A stretch of DNA of 64,000 nucleotides from Vicinamibacterales bacterium (GTDB lineage: Bacteria; Acidobacteriota; Vicinamibacteria; Vicinamibacterales; UBA8438). Positions within the stretch are counted from its first letter, which is position 1. Each line of letters starts with the position of its first letter. The notes below the pieces were generated by a model. The model ran no database searches. It saw only the letters and a list, made by a program, of their open reading frames with translations, and had not been told where the DNA came from. Positions 8,745 to 17,360 of the stretch are shown here, in pieces. The DNA is taken from contig OZ244130.1 of the NCBI GenBank assembly GCA_965215895.1, positions 416,157 through 480,156 of the forward strand, in the 5' to 3' direction. The position numbers were made by a program, and so were the translations under genes.

Positions 8745-9617
8745 ATGCGTCTGATATGTGCATTGGCGGTGCTGAGTGCAGCGATGGTATCTCCGTCGCC
8801 GTATGGTGCAGCGGAACGAGGGGAGCGAATTCAGGCGGCTGGTGAGGCCGCGGAACCGTTCCGCGTCATTGGCAACATCTACTATGTCGGAGGCCAATAC
8901 GCCTCCTACCTCATCACCACGCCGGAGGGCCACATTCTCCACGACACGGGCACCGCCGACATGCACGCGCTCATCGTCTCGAACGTGGAGAAACTCGGGT
9001 TCAACGTACGGGACATCCGGATCATGATCTCGAGCCACGCGCATTGGGACCACGTCGAGGGACACGCGGCCATGAAGCGGGTGACCGGAGCACAGGTGGT
9101 TGCGCTCGGCGGCGACGCCGTGGCGCTCCAATCAGGCCAGGACAACTCGGCTATAGGGGCCCGGGACTTTGAGCCTGTCACGGTGGATCGCGTGATCGAG
9201 GACGGTGACACGGTCACGCTGGGTGGGATGACGTTGCGGGCCCTCTGGACGGGGGGCCACACGCAGGGAGCAACGATGTGGATGACAACGGCCCAGGAAG
9301 GTGGAGACACCTACTCCGTAGCCTTCCGCGGCGGCGAGATTCCGAACCAGGGGGCTCAGCTCTTCGACAATCCCCGACACCCGACGGTTGTCGCCGACAC
9401 GCAGAGGACCCTTCAAAGGCTGAAGGAGCTCGAGCCTCCCGACCTCTTCCTGCATAATCACGCGCGGTATCCGTCCCGCGAGTTGGACCCGGCCCTTCCT
9501 GTCGACTCGAGGTGTGCTACTTGCCTGGACGCGGAAGGCTGGAGCGGTCTCGTGGCGGGCGTCGAAGCCAGTTTCGAAGAAATGCTCCGCGAAGCGGAGG
9601 GCCAACGGGACCGTTAG
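8745..9617 (+). CDS. subclass B3 metallo-beta-lactamase, secreted
   Basis: AAGGAGG RBS and a signal peptide are present. Motifs seen: PFRVIGNIYYVG, zinc motif SHAHWDH (HxHxDH), GGHTQG and a late LHNHARY histidine. Length is 290 aa. Confidence 0.8.
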   Translation: MRLICALAVLSAAMVSPSPYGAAERGERIQAAGEAAEPFRVIGNIYYVGGQYASYLITTPEGHILHDTGTADMHALIVSNVEKLGFNVRDIRIMISSHAHWDHVEGHAAMKRVTGAQVVALGGDAVALQSGQDNSAIGARDFEPVTVDRVIEDGDTVTLGGMTLRALWTGGHTQGATMWMTTAQEGGDTYSVAFRGGEIPNQGAQLFDNPRHPTVVADTQRTLQRLKELEPPDLFLHNHARYPSRELDPALPVDSRCATCLDAEGWSGLVAGVEASFEEMLREAEGQRDR

Positions 9618-9838
9618 TCAAGTTGGAGGGCTGACCTCCCGACGAAGCACCGTCATGCGTGCGCCGTCACGGGCGACCGCGATAATCACCGAATACGAGT
9701 GTGACTCGTCGTCGAAGAGCCCTCGATCGCTCGTCGTCTTGGCGGCCCGCTCCGGAATCCCGACATGGCGTGTTCATGGTGACCACGGCCGTGGTTGAGG
9801 ACGGTACGAGCCCTGACAGGGGGTCAATCCATACGAGG

Positions 9839-10972
9839 TCAGGGGGCCTGCCCGAGCTCCGCGTGGCGCGCGTTGCCCAGGATGTTGCTCACGGCCCGGT
9901 TGCCCTCGTGGCAGGCGTACTCGTAGAGGGTGTAGCTCATGTCGCGCTCGAGGGGCAGCTTGAGGGTCCACGGCTCGGTGTAGACCTCGGGATCCTCGAC
10001 GCGGACCTGCCAGTCGAGCGCGTGCTCGGCGACGCGGGTGAAGCGCTCGACCAGCCTCAGCGACCGGCTGACGGGGACACCGTGCATGCGCCCGGCGTTC
10101 TGGTTGGGGGTGATCCAGCCCTTCTCCGTGAAGTGCGTGGTCTCGACGACGAGGGTTTCGCCTTCCCAGCGTCCGCGGGCGTCGCCCATCCACTGTCGGA
10201 TTCGCGGGTCGACGTGCGGCCGGCCGTCGAGGGGGATGATGCGCGGCTCGCGGACCATCTCGTACACGATGATCACGTAGCCGGGAACCTGGAAGATGTG
10301 GTTGCCGGTGTTGTACGAGTTCGGCAGCATCGACCCCGGCACGCCGCGCGTGATGCACCGGCTGTACGGGCTCATGTTCAGGTACGACGCGCTCCGGTTC
10401 GCGACCAGCCATGCCGCGCGCTCCTCCGCCGCCGGGCGGGTGGGGACGCGGCCGCTGGCCGGGTCGCTCACCATGGACGTGCGCCGCGTGGGCACGATGT
10501 GGTCGCGCGGGTCGAACCAGAAGAAGTTGTACCCGCGGTCGAGCGAGCCGCCGGTGGCCGTCCGCTGCCGGCCGGGGGCGTGGTCGCCGTCGCGCATCCC
10601 GGTGCTGCGGCGTTCGACCTCCGCCGCCTCCTCGGCGGTGTAGAAGGCCTTGTCGCCGAGCTCGCGCGGCCGTTCGAGCGGCGTCAGGGTGTCGTTGGTC
10701 CAGATGCCGGAGATGTCGGGCTGGCCGTCGGGAGTGCGGGGCGCGCGGTAGGCCGGCTCGGCGACGGGCCGGGTCTCGGCCGACCCTGCGGCGGCCTGCG
10801 CTCCGGCGGCCTGCGTCCCGGCGGACCTTGCGGCGGTCTGCGCCTCGGCGGACCCCGCGGCGGCCGGTGCCCCGGCCGGCCCGGCGGTGCGCTGTGCTCC
10901 GGCCGACCCTGCGGCGGCCGGTGCGAGGACGAGGAGGGTCGCGGCGATTCTGGAGAGTTGATATCGTGACAT
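9839..10972 (-). CDS. secreted conserved hypothetical protein ('YEYACHEGN' family; paralog of 52235..53314)
   Basis: ATG at 10972 gives a signal peptide (MSRYQLSRIAATLLVLAPAAAG) and an Ala/Gly/Gln-rich tether. Conserved blocks are shared with the paralog: PDGQPD(I/L)(S/Q)G.WT....TPLERP..LGDKAF(Y/F)T.EEA, R(I/I)IPLDGRPH, GRWEG(E/D)TLVVETT and YEYACHEGN. Confidence 0.7.
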   Translation of the reverse strand: MSRYQLSRIAATLLVLAPAAAGSAGAQRTAGPAGAPAAAGSAEAQTAARSAGTQAAGAQAAAGSAETRPVAEPAYRAPRTPDGQPDISGIWTNDTLTPLERPRELGDKAFYTAEEAAEVERRSTGMRDGDHAPGRQRTATGGSLDRGYNFFWFDPRDHIVPTRRTSMVSDPASGRVPTRPAAEERAAWLVANRSASYLNMSPYSRCITRGVPGSMLPNSYNTGNHIFQVPGYVIIVYEMVREPRIIPLDGRPHVDPRIRQWMGDARGRWEGETLVVETTHFTEKGWITPNQNAGRMHGVPVSRSLRLVERFTRVAEHALDWQVRVEDPEVYTEPWTLKLPLERDMSYTLYEYACHEGNRAVSNILGNARHAELGQAP

Positions 10973-11141
10973 CCGGCCGCTGATTGTACCAGGGGCTCGT
11001 GGTGGAACGCGGCCCTGCACCGCGCCCGTCCAATAGATAGGGGGGCTTTCGCCACGAGCCCCTCGGCTCGGTCCGAGCCCGTCGCCATCGGGGCCGAGAA
11101 CGCGGGGGCCGAGGCGGCGCCGACGATACGGAGGACGGCAG

Positions 11142-12035
11142 ATGCGTATTGGGGTCACCGGGGCGACCGGGCTCGTGGGATCGGCGTTGCTCCCGCTTCT
11201 GGAGGGGGCGGGGCACGAGGCGGTGGGGCTGCGGCGGGTCGCGGCCGACGCCGCCGGTGCGCCGAGCTGGGATCCGTCGACGGGGCGCGTGGCCGCGGGC
11301 GACGGGCCGCTGGACGCGGTGGTCCACCTGGCCGGCGAGAACATCGCGGGCGGCCGCTGGAACGCGGCCCGCAAGGCGCGCATCCGGGACAGCCGGGTCG
11401 AGGGCACGGGAGCGCTGTGCCGGGGGCTGGCCGCGCTCGATCCGCGCCCCGCGACGCTCGTCTGCGCGTCCGCGGTCGGCTTCTATGGCGACCGCGGCGA
11501 CGAGCAGCTCGACGAGTCGTCACCGGCGGGGAGCGGGTTCCTCGCCGACGTGTGCCAGGAGTGGGAGGCGGCGGCGGCCCCCGCACGCGAGGCGGGGATT
11601 CGCGTGGTCCATCTGCGGATCGGGATCGTGCTCACCCCGGCCGGGGGGGCGCTCGGGCAGATGCTGCTGCCGTTCAAGCTGGGCGTGGGCGGCGTCATCG
11701 GGTCGGGCCGGCAGTTCATGAGCTGGATCGCCCTCGACGACGTGGTGGCCGCCGTGCTGCAGGCGGCCCGCACCGACGGGCTCGAAGGGCCGGTGAACGC
11801 GGTCGCGCCGCACCCCGTCACCAACGCGGAGTTCACCAGGACGCTGGGCCGGGTGCTGCGCCGCCCGACGATCCTGCCGATGCCGGCCTTCGGCGCCCGG
11901 CTGGCGTTCGGCGAGATGGCCGACGAGCTGCTCCTGGGCGGCGCCCGCGTCGAGCCGACCCGGCTGCTGAAGACCGGGTTCGAGTTCGGCTACCCCAAGC
12001 TCGAGAGCGCGCTGCGGCACCTGCTCGGCCGGTGA
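11142..12035 (+). CDS. TIGR01777/YfcH-type NAD-dependent epimerase family protein (SDR39U1-like, DUF1731 tail)
   Basis: N-terminus MRIGVTGATGLVGSALLPLL (Rossmann). Also HLAGENIAGGRWNAARKARIRDSRV, and C-terminus RVEPTRLLKTGFEFGYPKLESAL, typical of the family. Confidence 0.85.
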   Translation: MRIGVTGATGLVGSALLPLLEGAGHEAVGLRRVAADAAGAPSWDPSTGRVAAGDGPLDAVVHLAGENIAGGRWNAARKARIRDSRVEGTGALCRGLAALDPRPATLVCASAVGFYGDRGDEQLDESSPAGSGFLADVCQEWEAAAAPAREAGIRVVHLRIGIVLTPAGGALGQMLLPFKLGVGGVIGSGRQFMSWIALDDVVAAVLQAARTDGLEGPVNAVAPHPVTNAEFTRTLGRVLRRPTILPMPAFGARLAFGEMADELLLGGARVEPTRLLKTGFEFGYPKLESALRHLLGR

Positions 12036-12041
12036 CTGCGC

Positions 12042-12158
12042 GACCTTGCGGTAGCGTTCGGAGTTTCGCTGGCGCGAAACTCCTGCGGCGCAAGCCTCCG
12101 GCGTGACCCTGCGGTCGCATCGGAGTTTCGCTGGCGCGAAACTCCTGCGGCGCAAGCC
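12042..12158. repeat. tandem pair of REP-like palindromic elements (~55 bp each; core hairpin GGAGTTTCGC-tggc-GCGAAACTCC)
   Basis: Copy A is 12042-12096 and copy B is 12105-12158, nearly identical. Hairpins lie at 12060-12083 and 12122-12145. They sit between convergent genes (yfcH-like stop 12035, Sel1 stop 12164). A third copy in inverted orientation lies at 37305-37376. Confidence 0.75.
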
Positions 12159-12163
12159 CCTGC

Positions 12164-13537
12164 TTACCGCTCGGTCACCGGTCTCCAGTCGCGGGCGCGG
12201 CGTTCGGCCTCGGCCCGCTGTCCGGCCGTCATCCGGGCAGCCACCGCGTCGCGAGCCTCGACCGCCCGGTCGCGTTCGCCGCCGGTCAGCCGCGACGCGG
12301 CGAGACCGAGCCAGAGGTGCGCCTGGCCGGCATCGGCAGGGACGCCGTTGCCCTCGGCGTAGAGGAGACCGAGGTCGAGTTGCGCCAGGGCGTCCCCCTG
12401 GTCGGCCGCCAGGTGCAGCCACCGCGCCGCTTCCCCCGCGTTCGGGGTGACGCCGCGGCCGTCGCGGGACATCAGGCCGAGGTAGCGCTGGGCGGGGGCG
12501 TGGCCCTGCCCAGCGGCGGGGCGAATCCACCGGATCGCTTCGGCGTCGTCCGCCGGGACGCCCCGGCCCTGCAGGTACATGAAGCCCAGGTCCGCCTGCG
12601 CCTCCGCGAGCCCCTGCGTCGCCGCCAGATGCATCCACCGCAGCGCCTCGGCGTCGTTCGCGGGAACCCCCCGGCCGTTCGCGTACACCAGGGCGAGGCT
12701 GTACTGGGCGCGGGCCATGGCCGCGATGTTCGCCTCCGACCGGGCGTGGACGGGGTCGGCGGCCTGACGCAGCCAGCGCAGGGCCTCGGCATCGTCCTGC
12801 GGAACGCCCTGCCCGACGCCGTACAGATAGGCCAGATCGACCTGCGCCGCGACGTACCCCTGGCCGGCCGCTTGGCGGAGCCAGCGGGCGCCTTCGGCCG
12901 CGTCCTGGTCCAGGCCGCGGCCGTTCAGGTACAGCGCGGCGAGACCCGCCTGTGAGCGGGCATGTCCCTGCTCGGCCGCGCGGCGATACCAGCGCGCCGC
13001 TTCCGCGTAGTCCTGCGGCACGTCCTGGCCGTTCTCGTACAGCAGGGCCATCGCGTACTGCGCCCGTACCTCCCCCTGCTCGGCGGCCAGACGCATCAGC
13101 CGCGCCGCCTCGGCGTCGTCGCGGGCGACCCCCTGGCCGACCCCGTACAGGTATCCCAGACCGTACTGCCCGCCGGGGTCGCCCTGGTCGGCGGCGCGTC
13201 GATACCAGCGCGCCGCCTCGGCGTCGTCCTGGGACGCCGCTTCGCCGTTGAGATACAGGTCGCCGAGGGTGGCCTGGGCGGGTGCGTATCCCTGCTCGGC
13301 CGCCAACCGGTACCACCGCAGGGCTTCTTCCGCGTCGCGGGGGACGCCCTCGCCGAGCAGATGCCGCGCCCCGAGATCCGCCTGGGCCTCGGCGATCCCC
13401 CGTTCGGCCCGGCCCTCGAGGCTGCGCAGGTCGAACTCCGTGTCCCGGGTCGCCGGCGGTGCCGCACACGCGGCCACCGCGAGCAGCGCGACGAGACCGC
13501 CGGCGGGCCGGGAGGGGAGCCCCAGCACCGGCGTCAC
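12164..13537 (-). CDS. Sel1 (SLR/TPR-like) repeat lipoprotein
   Basis: About 11 repeats of the A.A...LG..Y..G.GV..D..EA.RW(Y/L)R.AA.QG type. The N-terminus VTPVLGLPSRPAGGLVALLAVAAC looks like a lipobox. GTG at 13537 overlaps the fabV stop (GTGA). Confidence 0.8.
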   Translation of the reverse strand: MTPVLGLPSRPAGGLVALLAVAACAAPPATRDTEFDLRSLEGRAERGIAEAQADLGARHLLGEGVPRDAEEALRWYRLAAEQGYAPAQATLGDLYLNGEAASQDDAEAARWYRRAADQGDPGGQYGLGYLYGVGQGVARDDAEAARLMRLAAEQGEVRAQYAMALLYENGQDVPQDYAEAARWYRRAAEQGHARSQAGLAALYLNGRGLDQDAAEGARWLRQAAGQGYVAAQVDLAYLYGVGQGVPQDDAEALRWLRQAADPVHARSEANIAAMARAQYSLALVYANGRGVPANDAEALRWMHLAATQGLAEAQADLGFMYLQGRGVPADDAEAIRWIRPAAGQGHAPAQRYLGLMSRDGRGVTPNAGEAARWLHLAADQGDALAQLDLGLLYAEGNGVPADAGQAHLWLGLAASRLTGGERDRAVEARDAVAARMTAGQRAEAERRARDWRPVTER

Positions 13538-14718
13538 TCGGGCGGGCGTCGCCCGCCGGCGGGGTCGACGTCCGCGTCGTAGTCGACGCCGTCGATGCCG
13601 AACCCGAAGATCCTGAGGAAATCGTCCCGAATGCCGTCGAGGTCGGCGAGCTCGGCGACGTTGTCGGTGGAGACGATGGGCCACCGGCGATTGATCTCGG
13701 CCTGGACCGGCGCGGACAGCTCCCAATCGTCCATCCGCATCCGGCCGGCCTCGTCGAACGACGGCGGCGTATCCGAGTAGAGTGCGGTGCGGAACAACCG
13801 ATCGATGTGGTCCAGGCAGTCCTCGTGGTTGCCGGCGCTCTTCATGACCCGGAACAGCAGGGCCAGGTACAGCGGCACTACCGGAATCGCGGAGCTGGCC
13901 TGGGTCACCACCGCCTTGAGCACCGCCACCCGGGCGTCTCCCCCGAGGGCCGACACCCGTTCGCGGATCGCGGCGGCGGCGCGGTCCAGGTCCTCCTTGG
14001 CCCTCCCGAGGGTGGCCTGCCAGTAGATGGGCCAGGTCAGCTCGCTGCCGATGTAGGTGAAGGCGACGGTCTTGAAGCCGGGGGCGAGGACGCCGGCGTC
14101 CTCGAGCGCGTCCATCCAGAACTCCCAGTCCTCGCCGCCCATCACCGCCACGGTGGCCGCGGTCTCCGCCTCCGAGGCCGGCTCCAGGCTGACCTGCTCC
14201 ACCCTTCCGGTGTCCTGGTTGAGCGACTTGATGTGGAACGTCTCGCCCAGCGGCTTGATCGCCGAGCGATGGAGGACGCCGGTGCGGGGATGCTGGCGCA
14301 CGGGCGCCGCGAGGCTGTAGACGAACAGGTCGATCTGGCCCAGCGAGGCCCGAATCTCGTCGATGGTCCGGGTCTTCATCTCGTCCGAGAACGCGTCGCC
14401 GTCGAGCGTCCGCGCATAGAGCCCGCGGGCCGACGCCGCGTCCTCGAAGGCGGCGTTGTTGTACCACCCCGCGGTGGCCGTCTTGTTGCGCCGGGGCGCC
14501 TTCTCGAACGACACCCCGAGGGTGCCCGCCCCGGCGCCGAACGCCGCCACGATGCGCGACGCCAATCCGTAGCCGCCGGATCCGCCGACGATCAGGGCCC
14601 GGCGGGGACCGTTCGGGAACGGCGTCGTCCGGGAGATCTGCTCGCGCACGCTCGCGGCGCATCCGTCCGGATGCGCCGTCGTGCAGATGAACCCTCGAAT
14701 CCGAGGCTTGACGATCAT
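13534..14718 (-). CDS. fabV: trans-2-enoyl-CoA/enoyl-ACP reductase FabV
   Basis: N-terminus MIVKPRIRGFICTTAHPDGC. Also GGSGGYGLASRI, FVYSLAAPVR and AVVTQASSAIPVVPLYL. About 394 aa, characteristic of FabV/Ter enzymes. Confidence 0.9.
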   Translation of the reverse strand: MIVKPRIRGFICTTAHPDGCAASVREQISRTTPFPNGPRRALIVGGSGGYGLASRIVAAFGAGAGTLGVSFEKAPRRNKTATAGWYNNAAFEDAASARGLYARTLDGDAFSDEMKTRTIDEIRASLGQIDLFVYSLAAPVRQHPRTGVLHRSAIKPLGETFHIKSLNQDTGRVEQVSLEPASEAETAATVAVMGGEDWEFWMDALEDAGVLAPGFKTVAFTYIGSELTWPIYWQATLGRAKEDLDRAAAAIRERVSALGGDARVAVLKAVVTQASSAIPVVPLYLALLFRVMKSAGNHEDCLDHIDRLFRTALYSDTPPSFDEAGRMRMDDWELSAPVQAEINRRWPIVSTDNVAELADLDGIRDDFLRIFGFGIDGVDYDADVDPAGGRRPPE

Positions 14719-14755
14719 TCCGTAATCCTGCCCGCGCCCGTCGCCCGCGCGGAGG

Positions 14756-15736
14756 TCACTGGCCGTCCTCCCGAAGCGCGTTGAATCTCCGCGCCCGATC
14801 GACGGCGGTCTCGTTGCCGATGAGCTCCAGGCGGCGCGGGCCGGCGAGGCTGGCCGCGCCGGCGTCGCCGATGCGCCCGTCACGGGCGAGGGCGGCCATC
14901 GCGTCGTCGACCGCGCCCAGGGCGATGGCCCCCATCGCCCCCACGAACAGGATCCCCACCCCGTTCTCGCGCGCCGCGTCGACCGAGGGCGCGCCGGTCA
15001 GAATGGGGCGCCCGGCCAAGTCGACGGCCCGCAGGCACTGATCCAGGGGGATGCCGGGGACGAAGATGACGTCGCCCCCTTCCTGTGCGTAGAGCGCGAC
15101 CCGCTCGATCGCCTCGTCGAGGGGGCCGCCGTCGGCCACCACGTCGCTGCGGACGAGCAGCACCGTGTCGGCATCGCGCTTCGCGTCGACGGCCGCGCGC
15201 ACCTTGTCGACCATCGCCTCGCGGCCGATGATCTTGCCTTCATCATAGCCGGCGAGGTGCTTCGCGCCATACAGGTCCTCGATCATGATGCAGGCGGCGC
15301 CCGCCTTCTCCATGCGCTGCACCGTGCGGTAGACGTTGAGGGGGTTGCCGCCGCCGTCGTCGGCGTCGGCGATGATCGGCACGTCGATCGCGTCGGCGGT
15401 CCGGTTGCAGAACTCCACGAGGTCGTCCATGGTGATCATGCCGAAGTCGCCGGTGCCGTACTTGCTCAGGGACAGGGCGCTGCCGCCGGTCATCACGATC
15501 TCGAAGCCGTGCATCTCGGCCAGCCGGGCCGTGGCCACGTCGCCGCAGTTGATGCAGCGGCTGGGCTCGGGGCGTTCGAGGAGCGCGCGGAACCGGGCGC
15601 CCGGGCTCGCGCCGGCCGGCGCCTGGGCGGCCGCTCCCGCGAGACCGGCCCCGAACGCGTGGCCCACCACCCCGCCGGTGGCGATCCCGGCGCCCTGCAG
15701 AAACCGCCGGCGGGTCGGCTCGTGGCTCTTCGTCAT
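14756..15736 (-). CDS. isocitrate lyase/PEP mutase superfamily enzyme with twin-arginine signal
   Basis: ATG at 15736. N-terminus MTKSHEPTRRRFLQGAGIATGGVVG...AAAQA. The body has DVPIIADADDGGGNPLNVYRTVQRMEKAGAACIMIEDL, typical of the ICL/PEPM (2-methylisocitrate lyase / oxaloacetate decarboxylase-like) fold. Confidence 0.75.
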   Translation of the reverse strand: MTKSHEPTRRRFLQGAGIATGGVVGHAFGAGLAGAAAQAPAGASPGARFRALLERPEPSRCINCGDVATARLAEMHGFEIVMTGGSALSLSKYGTGDFGMITMDDLVEFCNRTADAIDVPIIADADDGGGNPLNVYRTVQRMEKAGAACIMIEDLYGAKHLAGYDEGKIIGREAMVDKVRAAVDAKRDADTVLLVRSDVVADGGPLDEAIERVALYAQEGGDVIFVPGIPLDQCLRAVDLAGRPILTGAPSVDAARENGVGILFVGAMGAIALGAVDDAMAALARDGRIGDAGAASLAGPRRLELIGNETAVDRARRFNALREDGQ

Positions 15737-15926
15737 GTCGATCTCCTTTACCTTCTTCGGCCAGCTTGACCTCGACGCGTCAGAATATAACCATAAGGGG
15801 CTACGCCCCGCGACAACGCGCGCGTTCGCGGTGTTTTCGACCGCGCCGTGACCGCCACCGGGCGTCGTACGGCGGGTACTTCGGCGTTGCGAGGCGGCCG
15901 CGAACCAGCGGCAAGGAGCAGTGGCG

Positions 15927-17279
15927 ATGAGTAGAACACGCACGATTCGAGGCGTCCTGGTTGCGGGTGCGCTCGCGCTCGGCGGCATGATGCTGATTCC
16001 GGGCATGGCGGCCGCGCAGGACGAGGCCACCCCCACCTACACCAAGGACGTGGCCCCGATCTTCCGGGCCAAGTGCGAGAACTGCCACCGGCCGGGCTAC
16101 ATCGCGCCGATGTCGCTGCAGAGCTACGCCGAGTCGCGGCCGTGGGCGCGTTCCATCAAGAACCGCGTCGAGGCGCGGCAGATGCCCCCCTGGCATATCG
16201 ACAAGTCAGTGGGCATTCAGGAGTTCCAGAACGACCGGTCGCTGACCAACGCCGAGATCGAAACCATCGTCCAGTGGGTCGACGCCGGCGCGCCGCGGGG
16301 GAACCCGGCCGACCTGCCGCCGCCCGCGGTGTTCGCCGACGACGACGTGTGGAACTTCGCGGAGCGCTTCGACGGGCCGCCGGATCTGGTCCTCCACTCG
16401 ACGCCGTACACCATGCCGGCCCTGGCGCAGGACGCCTGGTGGAAGCCGGCGGTGTCGACGGGATTGACCGAGGACCGGTGGATTCGCGCCATCGAGATTC
16501 GGCCGTCGACGGTGGCCGGGCGCAGCATCACCCACCACGCCCTGGCGCGGCTGCAGCAGGAAGAGGACCCCGAGGATCTCGGCGCCGCCTCGGAAGTCGG
16601 CCCCGGCATCCTGATGGAGTGGGCGGTCGGCAAGCAGGGCGAGATCATGCGCGAGGGCAGCGGCAAGCTGATCAAGGCCGACTCGAGCATCGTGTGGGAC
16701 ATCCACTACTCGTCGGCCGGCGAGGAGGTCACCGACACCGCCGAGCTCGGGCTGTACTTCTATCCCAAGGGGCAGGAGCCGAAGCACCGGCAGGTGCTGT
16801 CGGCCTGGTCGACCATCGAGGGCGGCAGCGACCACCTCTCGATTCCGCCCAACGCCGTCACCGCGACCGAGAACTACCACGTGCTGAAGCAGAACGGCCG
16901 GATCGAGAACTACCAGCCGCACATGCACCTGCGGGGCAAGGGCATGCAGATGACCGCGGTCCTGCCCGACGGGTCGCAGCGCGTGCTCAGCCGCGTCAGC
17001 GACTTCAACTTCAACTGGCACAACAACTACGTCTATGCCGACCACGCCGCGCCGCTGTTGCCGAAGGGCACCGTCATCGCGGTGAAGTCCTGGTACGACA
17101 ACACCTCGGCCAACCGCGCCAACCCCGATCCGAACCAGTGGGTCGGCTACGGCGACCGCACCGTGGACGAGATGGGGCATGCCTGGGTCAACGTCACCTA
17201 CATGGATGACGAGGACTTCGCGGCGGCCGTCGCCGAGCGCGAGGCGCTTCTGGAGACGGCCGACGACGGCGGCGAGTAG
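15927..17279 (+). CDS. secreted cytochrome c (CxxCH) domain fused to a copper type II monooxygenase-like (PHM/DBH-like) domain
   Basis: AAGGAG lies 8 nt before ATG 15927, and a signal peptide is present. Heme motif FRAKCENCHRPG...MPPW. Candidate Cu ligands: ITHHALA, YQPHMHLRGKGM and a late DEMGHAW methionine. Confidence 0.65.
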   Translation: MSRTRTIRGVLVAGALALGGMMLIPGMAAAQDEATPTYTKDVAPIFRAKCENCHRPGYIAPMSLQSYAESRPWARSIKNRVEARQMPPWHIDKSVGIQEFQNDRSLTNAEIETIVQWVDAGAPRGNPADLPPPAVFADDDVWNFAERFDGPPDLVLHSTPYTMPALAQDAWWKPAVSTGLTEDRWIRAIEIRPSTVAGRSITHHALARLQQEEDPEDLGAASEVGPGILMEWAVGKQGEIMREGSGKLIKADSSIVWDIHYSSAGEEVTDTAELGLYFYPKGQEPKHRQVLSAWSTIEGGSDHLSIPPNAVTATENYHVLKQNGRIENYQPHMHLRGKGMQMTAVLPDGSQRVLSRVSDFNFNWHNNYVYADHAAPLLPKGTVIAVKSWYDNTSANRANPDPNQWVGYGDRTVDEMGHAWVNVTYMDDEDFAAAVAEREALLETADDGGE

Positions 17280-17360
17280 GCAGATGGACGACATCGGGAT
17301 CCAGGAAGCCGCCCCATCACCATCGGGGCGGCTTCCGTTACGTACGAGGAGGTTGCGGAC

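Noticed and set aside
8482-8754. 90-aa ORF (possible small secreted Cys peptide ..AAQRDAGPCSKVDARKLNSCVKTGDTIVGKEAVCV) upstream of and overlapping the MBL start
   Set aside because: Its 3' half is atypically AT-rich for coding DNA here and contains the MBL gene's AAGGAGG RBS. There is no RBS of its own and no recognisable family. It is kept only as a remote possibility.
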